Of a stretch of DNA of 10,992 bases, positions 1-6,283 are shown one piece after another; positions within the stretch are counted from its first letter, which is position 1, and each line of letters opens with the position of its first letter. Below the pieces are notes generated by a model. That model ran no database searches. It was not told the origin of the DNA and was given only the letters and a program-made list of their open reading frames with translations. The position numbers were made by a program, and so were the translations under genes. The stretch comes from a virus (taxonomy: Duplodnaviria; Heunggongvirae; Uroviricota; Caudoviricetes), in the IMG/VR virus record IMGVR_UViG_2698536573_000008. One strand, 5' to 3'.

Positions 1-186
1 CTACCTGCGCGGCGCTGGCTTCTTCCACTGGTAGGCAGGTGCTCGCATCATTTCGCGGAACCTGTCGCGCCGGGCTATATCGGCATTAACTGAGCGTTCT
101 ATCTCCCGTTGATCTGCCTGTGTAAGCTGGTGGCCTCCGTGCTCAAGTTTGGCGATGGTCAATAAGGCTATTTCGCGTGGTGTCAT
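1..186 (-). CDS. small hypothetical protein (61 aa)
   Basis: Complete minus-strand ORF: ATG at 186-184, TAG stop at 3-1 (window edge). RBS-like AGAGGG about 8 nt upstream of the ATG. No recognisable motif. Confidence 0.4.
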   Translation of the reverse strand: MTPREIALLTIAKLEHGGHQLTQADQREIERSVNADIARRDRFREMMRAPAYQWKKPAPRR

Positions 187-247
187 ACGTCATACCCTCT
201 GGAAGGATGAAACACGCCCGGATTAAATTTCATTTTTCGCGGGTATG

Positions 248-306
248 AAAAAACGATGGGGCGGGCAGTCCGGAAGACGTCAGGCCGCAGGGATTTGACC
301 CGCCCC
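248..306 (-). terminator. possible intrinsic terminator or structured element downstream of the PerC-like gene
   Basis: GC-rich inverted repeat GGGGCGGG (258-265) / CCCGCCCC (299-306). On the minus strand it is followed 4 nt later by T6 (plus-strand AAAAAA at 248-253). The 33-nt loop is atypically large, so this may instead be a protein-binding palindrome. Confidence 0.3.
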
Positions 307-320
307 TCCCCACTGGTGGT

Positions 321-602
321 CTACCTTTGCCTATTGCCGCCATTTAACCGGAAGGCGTTACCGTTCGGTTGCGCTATCCCCATGCGGTGTTGCGTTTCGG
401 TAACAGCTTTATGCAGGTCGCCAAAGTCCTCAGCCTTCACGGGCGGGCGCTTCACGTTCTCAAGACACGTTTCACGGCGGCGCTTTATCCATTCCCGATC
501 ATCGTCCTCGGTGCATAACAGCATGACTTCCATCCATCGCGCTGCGGCGCGTCGGTACAGCCCTTTTGCTTCCAGATCCTCGGCTTTACTGTCGTTTACC
601 AT
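321..602 (-). CDS. PerC-family transcriptional regulator-like protein (93 aa)
   Basis: ATG at 602-600, TAG at 323-321. Motifs LEAKGLYRRAAARWMEVML and REWIKRRRETCL resemble the conserved core of PerC/Pch-type small regulators. GGGGGAG RBS about 6 nt upstream. Confidence 0.7.
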   Translation of the reverse strand: MVNDSKAEDLEAKGLYRRAAARWMEVMLLCTEDDDREWIKRRRETCLENVKRPPVKAEDFGDLHKAVTETQHRMGIAQPNGNAFRLNGGNRQR

Positions 603-667
603 GTTTATCTCCCCCAGAATGGCGTTTCATCGTCGAATGGTGGGCGTTGGTCAAAATCATCAGGGGT

Positions 668-673
668 ATTATA
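668..673 (-). promoter_or_regulatory. candidate -10 element (TATAAT on minus strand) upstream of the PerC-like gene
   Basis: Perfect TATAAT hexamer on the minus strand (plus 668-673 attata), about 65 nt upstream of the ATG at 602. No good -35, so it could be activator-dependent. Sequence-only guess. Confidence 0.2.
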
Positions 674-815
674 TAACTCCCATCCAGGCGCGGATTGTGT
701 TGCGTGACCTCCTGTGTGCCTGTAGCCTGGCTGATTCCGGTAATACTGCGGAGTTAGGTCTACCGGCATAGCTTACCCGTGGAGAAATGAATCATCGAAT
801 GAGTTTGGTCGGGAG

Positions 816-1487
816 TTATTCCACCAGCAAAAATGGCGTTGCCCGGTCTATGACGTTGATGCCAATTAACGAGCTAACATTTCGACCATTCACAATGCTA
901 TCCCGTTCAAGCAAATGCGCTATTTTTTCTACTTCATACCAGTATTGAGCCATGAGGGCTTTGGTCTTTTCAACGAGTTTAGAAAGCATTAACTCCCTGT
1001 TAATTTGCTTATCTGTAGCGCAGATTAAATCGAGCATGTCATTTACGTTAGCCATGTCATAGCGATGAGGTAGCGAATACTTTTTGTTGAAAATATCGTT
1101 GTTTTCGTAAAGGGCTTCGCTTACTGGTCCGGCGAGGGATACAAAAGCGGCCTTTTTTGCATCGCGCTTTATACCATCCGCATAGTAACGTATGAAAGGG
1201 ATAACTTTACCATTCTGCCCAACTACACCAGATTTACTATCCCGCAAACGCCCGAGATCGTGGCTGTGAATTATGCTGTGTTTAACAACGCCCAAACACT
1301 TGGCCTCATGTACATGTTCGCCAGCAACGTAACCGTATTCATCCATAACGGCGATAACCTGTATATCTAAGCGAATAAGCCATGCAGCTACTGCATGTCC
1401 CGCTTCGTGGAATGCTACACATCGTTTACCATCACCTATCCAGTTATAGAACATTTCATGCTCATATATCTGGTGAATGGCGCCCAT
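816..1487 (-). CDS. standalone FtsH-like (peptidase M41-type) zinc metallopeptidase domain protein (223 aa)
   Basis: ATG at 1487-1485, TAA at 818-816. HEAGH zinc-binding motif at residues 27-31 in an FtsH-like context (CVAFHEAGHAVAAWL). Downstream MANVNDM resembles the FtsH third-ligand Asp region, and the C-terminal helical region is collinear with the FtsH protease domain. No AAA+ ATPase module. Sampled 60-nt blocks are 37-45% GC, below the backbone. Confidence 0.75.
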   Translation of the reverse strand: MGAIHQIYEHEMFYNWIGDGKRCVAFHEAGHAVAAWLIRLDIQVIAVMDEYGYVAGEHVHEAKCLGVVKHSIIHSHDLGRLRDSKSGVVGQNGKVIPFIRYYADGIKRDAKKAAFVSLAGPVSEALYENNDIFNKKYSLPHRYDMANVNDMLDLICATDKQINRELMLSKLVEKTKALMAQYWYEVEKIAHLLERDSIVNGRNVSSLIGINVIDRATPFLLVE

Positions 1488-1660
1488 TACGCGCCCTCGC
1501 TTGCCAGTGAGGCCAGCGCCTTATCCATTAATCCCCGAGCAATTTCGTGGATCGTTGGCGCAACTCCTACCTCTGATTTTTTACGCTGCTCCTCCTGAAT
1601 TTTCTTTATCGCTTCCATTTGCTTCTCACTTATCAATACCGGCTTTACTGAAATAGCCAT
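1487..1660 (-). CDS. small protein (57 aa) translationally coupled to the M41-like peptidase gene
   Basis: ATG at 1660-1658 (MAISVKPVLISEKQ...) preceded by AAGGGG. Its stop overlaps the peptidase start as TAATG at 1489-1485. The ORF-track start at 1687 is TTG and less likely. Lys/Glu-rich helical sequence, possibly a small DNA-binding or antitoxin-like partner. Confidence 0.55.
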   Translation of the reverse strand: MAISVKPVLISEKQMEAIKKIQEEQRKKSEVGVAPTIHEIARGLMDKALASLASEGA

Positions 1661-1692
1661 AACGCCCCTTAGAACTGTATAAAACAACAGTT

Positions 1693-1698
1693 ATTATA
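1693..1698 (-). promoter_or_regulatory. candidate -10 element (perfect TATAAT on minus strand) for the small-protein/peptidase operon
   Basis: Minus-strand TATAAT (plus 1693-1698) about 33 nt upstream of the ATG at 1660, in an AT-rich leader. -35 is poor. Confidence 0.25.
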
Positions 1699-1795
1699 GT
1701 TTCGCAAATAGCAATATTTATCACCGTAATTGCAAAATATGAAACAAATAGCACAAAAAATGCCGCCGCTCAGTAGCTGCTGGCATCGTTCTGTG

Positions 1796-1814
1796 TGTCA
1801 AGTTTTGACAAGTT
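1796..1814. promoter_or_regulatory. bipartite 19-nt motif TGTCAAGTTTTGACAAGTT (copy 1 of 2 in window)
   Basis: Two 10-bp-phased half-sites. Minus-strand reading AACTTGTCAAAACTTGACA contains a consensus TTGACA. A 17/19-identical copy lies at 7052-7070. Confidence 0.4.
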
Positions 1815-1855
1815 TCGTTTTAAGCTCACCCCCCCATAGAATCTTTTTGGGGGTG

Positions 1856-2110
1856 TAATATCCCTACCAATCCCTACTAACTGGCTCATGCCACGAATGG
1901 CAAGGCTTTCAGACTGGTAGGCATTCAATTTTGTTGCCCTACATAACCCTACTTATCCCTACTAAATCACTTCAACGGCATTTTACTGCCTGTTTTATTT
2001 GGTAGGGATATGTAGGGATAAGTAGGGATAAAAATATATATCCCTACCTAGTTTAAAGCCTTGCTACGTCTGGCCTCGTCTCGTTTTTAGTAGGGCAGTA
2101 GGGATAAGTG
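1856..2110. repeat. iteron array (GTAGGGATA / TATCCCTAC), putative replication origin or crr-like primase-binding region
   Basis: Eleven copies of core CCCTAC/GTAGGG in both orientations: 1861-1868, 1871-1878, 1936-1943, 1947-1953, 1956-1963, 2041-2048 (plus orientation); 2002-2010, 2012-2020, 2022-2030, 2090-2097, 2098-2106 (reverse). Three exact GTAGGGATA copies in tandem at 10-bp spacing. Perfect 9-bp inverted repeat GTAGGGATA-aaaatata-TATCCCTAC (2022-2047) around an A/T spacer. Array ends 15 bp from the primase stop codon. Confidence 0.7.
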
Positions 2111-2124
2111 CCGCCGTAAAAGTT

Positions 2125-4566
2125 TCAATCATCACTCTGCCCGCTCTCCACACCGTAAGCGCGTGGCATGAACTCCTCAGCCTTCTCGTTATAGCCAACG
2201 TTGGTTTGCGCTCTGCCGTTAATGCTTCTCGTCAGGTAGCTGGCTCGGTACTCTTTTGCTGCTGATTTTATGGCGCGTGAAAACTTATTGACGGAAAGCG
2301 GTTTACCCAAACCGTGATACTCCATAAACGCCAGATAAAGATGATAAAGATACGTCCTCGGCTCTGGCTGGCCTGCCCATGTACCTCCGCCCATCATCAT
2401 GCCTTTGGGTTCGTTCATGAAAAAAAGCGCCGCACACATATCGACAACCGGATCCGTGCCGCTTTTAACCTCTAGCGCCTCCTGCGAATCGCGCTGCTCT
2501 AGTAATAGTGCCTTTGCTTTGTTCTGGTCGGCAAAGGTGGTTAGCAGGTGGCGGATAATCACCGGGATTTCTCGCCTGATTTTTGCGGTTAAATCCGGGT
2601 CTTTGTCTGCGTCTGATACCGGGTTATTAAACGGGAATATCACGCGGCGGCGGGCAATGCCCCCGTTTCGCTCCGTGAATGTCATCGGCTCGTTATTGGT
2701 TGCCATAACAACGGCATTTATCACGGTTGTGAACTGCTTTTCATATTTCCCATCAATCTCTACCGGATCGCCGCCCGTAATGGCTTTAATCCCCGCCCCC
2801 TCTCCAACATAGCGGGTCTGGTCAGGCATAATAATCAGGCTTTTTCCTACGAACTGCGCCCGTCCCCGTGCGGTGTCCAGCGTCATCATGCTACCGCTGG
2901 CGGTGTTGTGTTCACCTGCCAGCGTGGTTGCTATGCTGCTGAATACGGATTTCCCACTGCCGCCCTCGCCAGTTATCTCAATGAATAGCTGCCAGTCGTG
3001 ACGCTTCGCCAGCACCATAAACAAGGCTGCTTTGATACGCTCGGCCTTATGATGGTCGCCAGCCGTTGCATGATTCAGCCAACGGGTAAAATTGGGGGCG
3101 CTGGTGGTAATATTTTCCCCCAGCGCTGGCGGGGTGTAGGTGATCCCATTGTGGTTCATCAGCCAGTTACCCGGCGAGTGGGCGGAAAACGTCTGCGTAG
3201 CGAGGTCATAAACGCCGTTATCAAAACCAATCAGATCCCCGCTCCGCTCACCAATTACCGGTATTTGCAGCTTCATGGTTGCGACAACCGATTTAATCCC
3301 CTTTTCGGTGTAGTGGGCTTCGTGCTCGTCGAAAATTGCCACCATAACCCTTTCTAATTCGCTGTCTGGTAGCTTCACCCATACGCCAGATTCGTAGCAG
3401 TAAACAGTGCCACTATCAGGGTTAACCGCCAACATATCCCATCGAGATGAAAGCAACCGCGCTTTCTGGCTGGCTGCCATTTGTGCAATATCTCCGACAT
3501 CGGCTTTACGGCGGGATTTACCGCCCTCAATGGCTTGCAATCGCGGTTTCACGGCTTCCCCTTGAATCTGGTACATCGAATCGTTAAACGCAGCCGTAGC
3601 GACTTCCAGCCCGTTTTGCTGGCGGTAGTCGTCCCAGTCGGCTTTGTAGTCTGTCGGCGGCAGCGCCACCCAGCCAGCCACGGATAAGGCGGCTTTCTCT
3701 GCGGCATCTTTGCCCGTGTTCGCCTGGTCGTCCTGCTGGTGGTCGTTATCTGCGGCAATGATAATCTGCGTGGCTGGATATATCCGGCGCATCACTTCGG
3801 CAACGGGTAGCAGGTTGCCCGCGTCAATTGCTGCCACTGCCAGCGCGTCCGGGCGCATCAGGTGAACTGAAAGGGCCGTCGCCAGCCCCTCGGCAATTAA
3901 AACGCTCTGCGGCGATTCTGGCGCGTTTACGGCGTGATATGCCCCGCGCTTTGCTGAACCTGTCAGGAGTCGTTTATCTCCCTGCGGCGTGATGGTCTGC
4001 GCCGCCACTACTGCGCCGGATTCATCCACCAGCGGCAGGAGTAGCGAACCATCAGACATAACCGGGTAATTAAACCCGGTCAGCCCTTTTGATTGCAGGT
4101 AATCAGATTCGCCCTGTGTGACACTCTGGCGCATTCCGGCATACAGACGGGCAAACGTAGCCCTTCGCTGCTCTGCATCCTCTGCTGCCTGTTTCTGGCG
4201 CTCCTGCTCACGCTGCTGGCGGTCAGCTTCCAGTTGCTCTCTTCTATGGCTCGCTGCCACCGGGTCGGTTTCCGCTGCCCGGTAATCAATACCCAGCACA
4301 TCAGCGGCAAGCTGTGCCGCCTCCGTAGTGTCGCAGTTGTTCACCTTCTTAATCAGGTCTAAACCGTCACCAGCGCCACACTGATTGCAGATAAAGCTAC
4401 CGCGCCCGTTGTCGTCGAATCTGAAACGGTCTTTTCCACCACATGCAGGGCATGGAGAATGGCGGCGCGATGAATCAGGCACGTCGATAGACAATCCAGC
4501 CAGCACATAAGGCCAGCGCCCGGCGGCGGCACTGGTCACTTCGCGGATAAGGTCGATATTACGCAT
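2125..4566 (-). CDS. P4 alpha-like DNA primase / helicase (about 813 aa)
   Basis: Long minus ORF. Best start is ATG at 4566 preceded by AGGAGG; the ORF-track start at 4623 is GTG. N-terminal Cys-rich zinc-binding motif (CPACGG...CNQCG), TOPRIM-like acidic motifs (IAEGLATA, AADNDHQQDD), Walker A GEGGSGKS in the C-terminal helicase-like region. TGA at 2127-2125. Confidence 0.93.
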   Translation of the reverse strand: MRNIDLIREVTSAAAGRWPYVLAGLSIDVPDSSRRHSPCPACGGKDRFRFDDNGRGSFICNQCGAGDGLDLIKKVNNCDTTEAAQLAADVLGIDYRAAETDPVAASHRREQLEADRQQREQERQKQAAEDAEQRRATFARLYAGMRQSVTQGESDYLQSKGLTGFNYPVMSDGSLLLPLVDESGAVVAAQTITPQGDKRLLTGSAKRGAYHAVNAPESPQSVLIAEGLATALSVHLMRPDALAVAAIDAGNLLPVAEVMRRIYPATQIIIAADNDHQQDDQANTGKDAAEKAALSVAGWVALPPTDYKADWDDYRQQNGLEVATAAFNDSMYQIQGEAVKPRLQAIEGGKSRRKADVGDIAQMAASQKARLLSSRWDMLAVNPDSGTVYCYESGVWVKLPDSELERVMVAIFDEHEAHYTEKGIKSVVATMKLQIPVIGERSGDLIGFDNGVYDLATQTFSAHSPGNWLMNHNGITYTPPALGENITTSAPNFTRWLNHATAGDHHKAERIKAALFMVLAKRHDWQLFIEITGEGGSGKSVFSSIATTLAGEHNTASGSMMTLDTARGRAQFVGKSLIIMPDQTRYVGEGAGIKAITGGDPVEIDGKYEKQFTTVINAVVMATNNEPMTFTERNGGIARRRVIFPFNNPVSDADKDPDLTAKIRREIPVIIRHLLTTFADQNKAKALLLEQRDSQEALEVKSGTDPVVDMCAALFFMNEPKGMMMGGGTWAGQPEPRTYLYHLYLAFMEYHGLGKPLSVNKFSRAIKSAAKEYRASYLTRSINGRAQTNVGYNEKAEEFMPRAYGVESGQSDD

Positions 4567-4900
4567 GGTTGCCTCCTGCCACGGTCGCGCCCATGTCTTT
4601 AACCATGCTTTGCCATATCTCACGCCCGACGTCAGTCAATCCGTCATTAGTGACGCAACGCTCAAGAAGCTCGACCCCCACGGTTTCCCACTGCGGGTAG
4701 GACACTTTCATGGCTGCCAGTGTGTAGCTATCGATCAGGCTGCGAACGCCTTTTACTCCATTGACGATTTCCACACGGACGGCGAGGCCGTCCGCATCAA
4801 CCATGAAATAGTCACCGCCGCTGGTGGAGGTAATGTGGTTATACAGTGCCGACGCATACTTATTCGCCAGCGCATTCAGTCTGAAATTTTTAGTAATCAT
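4559..4900 (-). CDS. hypothetical protein (113 aa), upstream of and overlapping the primase start
   Basis: ATG at 4900-4898 with GGGGG RBS. TAA at 4561-4559 overlaps the primase ATG (ATGCGTAA). No recognisable motif. Confidence 0.6.
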   Translation of the reverse strand: MITKNFRLNALANKYASALYNHITSTSGGDYFMVDADGLAVRVEIVNGVKGVRSLIDSYTLAAMKVSYPQWETVGVELLERCVTNDGLTDVGREIWQSMVKDMGATVAGGNHA

Positions 4901-4909
4901 GTCGCCCCC

Positions 4910-5536
4910 TCAGTGCGGCAGCGGCATTTCAGGCCAGCCGTTTTCATCCAGTTCAGCTATAAAGCTGTTGTGAAGTTCAGCAAGCGTTTCACGCCCGAAC
5001 GGGGTCAACTCGCCGCGCTCCGTGTCGATCATGGCCTGATAAAAAACAATGGCGTTCGCTGTTCCCTGCTCAATGCCGTAGCGCTCAACCATTGCGCCCT
5101 CCATGTTGTTAGCCATCGCCAGACGTTCCGCGAACGGGTAAACCACAATCCCCGCCGTGCCATTGGAGTAAATCGCCACCTGCGATGAAGTGCCGTCAGA
5201 CTCAGTTACCGTGGTTGTGCCGTTTTCGCGCTTCATCTCAGAAATGAACGTCGCAGCAATCAGCCAGCGCCACATAGTGACGTTATGCTGCGCGGTGAAG
5301 TCGAACCAGCCACGCGCCCCGCCATCAGCAACGGCAAAATGAATGGCGTATCCGATATCTGGCTTATCGTCGTACTCTCCGGCGTCAAGGCCGTTCACGG
5401 CGCTCTCGTAGCTGATAAGAGCAACCTGCTCATATCCCCCGGCATCATTGCGGGTCATGATATTGACGCCGTGCGGTGTGGCTTCGGCGTGTAATAAGTC
5501 GGCATTTCCCGATTTAATGGTCGGTGCGTTGCTCAT
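4910..5536 (-). CDS. hypothetical protein (208 aa)
   Basis: ATG at 5536-5534, TGA at 4912-4910. Start overlaps the upstream stop (ATGA). Protein-like composition, no motif recognised. Confidence 0.65.
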   Translation of the reverse strand: MSNAPTIKSGNADLLHAEATPHGVNIMTRNDAGGYEQVALISYESAVNGLDAGEYDDKPDIGYAIHFAVADGGARGWFDFTAQHNVTMWRWLIAATFISEMKRENGTTTVTESDGTSSQVAIYSNGTAGIVVYPFAERLAMANNMEGAMVERYGIEQGTANAIVFYQAMIDTERGELTPFGRETLAELHNSFIAELDENGWPEMPLPH

Positions 5537-5796
5537 GCGCTGCCCTCCGCATCAATTCTGGCTATATCGACAATCGTCAGGACTTTACTCAGCCAGCAAT
5601 ACGCGATGGCTGCTTGCTCAACTTCGAGGAGTGGTAATAAATCGGTCATAACGTGAGCCAGCCCATTGCGGGCGCGGGTCATGCGTTCTGCTGTTCGGTC
5701 CGCCAGCGTAAAATCATCCGGGTATGCTTCTTTACGAGATAGCATCGATTCGGCTTCCAGATCTGCCGGGTGGCGATAGATGGTATTTATGTTCAT
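5533..5796 (-). CDS. hypothetical protein (87 aa)
   Basis: ATG at 5796-5794, stop at 5535-5533. ATGA overlaps at both ends link it to its neighbours. Confidence 0.55.
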   Translation of the reverse strand: MNINTIYRHPADLEAESMLSRKEAYPDDFTLADRTAERMTRARNGLAHVMTDLLPLLEVEQAAIAYCWLSKVLTIVDIARIDAEGSA

Positions 5797-6107
5797 TTGC
5801 CCGCCCTCCCTTTGGCTTCTTTTTCACTGATTGAGCGCAAGAATGCGGCGTTTGCAGCGCTATCGTTCAGCGCCAGCGCAACTTCTCCGATATGTCCCAG
5901 CATTGCGCCTAATCTGTACATATCAGCCTTAGCGCTTTCCTCCGGGTAGCCATCGCTACCAGCCGCCCAGAACATGAGGCTACCAATGGCACTTACGCCC
6001 AGCATTAAATCATCCACGGCATCACTGGCGCAGCTCTCAATTCCTTTCAGATCATCAGGTGTACAACCATCAAATTTGCAGGACACTAAATCGTTATACA
6101 TGCTCAT
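5793..6107 (-). CDS. hypothetical protein (104 aa)
   Basis: ATG at 6107-6105, stop at 5795-5793. ATGA overlaps at both ends. Confidence 0.55.
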   Translation of the reverse strand: MSMYNDLVSCKFDGCTPDDLKGIESCASDAVDDLMLGVSAIGSLMFWAAGSDGYPEESAKADMYRLGAMLGHIGEVALALNDSAANAAFLRSISEKEAKGRAGK

Positions 6108-6283
6108 GCCGCCACCTCACGAACGCGGGTAATCTGGATGTGGGAAAGGCGTTCATTTCTGGCCTGATTTAGCGCCTCAGCTTTGGCGCTGATCGCGCTG
6201 CGGGCGTCAACGATATAAACGAACTCGACTAATTCGCCGCTCCGGGCGGTGGCGCATCCTGCAACACGGAAGTAATTAAGCAT
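6104..6283 (-). CDS. hypothetical small protein (59 aa)
   Basis: ATG at 6283-6281 preceded by GGGGG RBS (MLNYFRVAGC...). The longer track ORF 6104..6520 has an implausible N-terminal extension overlapping the adjacent gene in another frame. Confidence 0.45.
   Translation of the reverse strand: MLNYFRVAGCATARSGELVEFVYIVDARSAISAKAEALNQARNERLSHIQITRVREVAA

Noticed and set aside
256-771. Plus-strand ORF of 171 aa
   Set aside because: Antisense to the PerC-like gene and its flanks; Arg/Ser/Cys-rich low-complexity translation typical of a reverse-frame artefact.
1661-1687. TTG-initiated 66-aa version of the small ORF
   Set aside because: Start codon is TTG; the ATG at 1660 has an RBS-like AAGGGG and yields a cleaner N-terminus.
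1751-1795. T6 tract on the minus strand (plus 1755-1760) as a primase-operon terminator
   Set aside because: The adjacent sequence forms only a 3-4-bp stem; insufficient hairpin for a confident intrinsic terminator.
1827-1855. GC-rich hairpin CACCCCC / GGGGGTG
   Set aside because: No U-tract follows on either strand, so it is not a canonical terminator; it may be structural or a binding site but I cannot support a call.
1856-2110. Possible CRISPR array, considered because of the short regular repeats
   Set aside because: Repeat units are only 9 bp, occur in both orientations, and are separated by 1-60 bp of irregular sequence rather than uniform spacers; this fits iterons, not CRISPR.
2399-3357. 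Plus-strand ORFs of 137 aa and 119 aa inside the primase region
   Set aside because: Embedded antisense in the primase/helicase coding sequence, whose motifs are unambiguous on the minus strand.
4567-4623. Longer primase start at 4623 (832 aa) from the ORF track
   Set aside because: The codon at 4623-4621 is GTG with no obvious RBS; the in-frame ATG at 4566 is preceded by AGGAGG at ideal spacing.
4565-5188. Plus-strand ORF of 207 aa
   Set aside because: Lies antisense across two well-supported minus-strand genes (4559..4900, 4910..5536); no RBS support; composition typical of an antisense frame.
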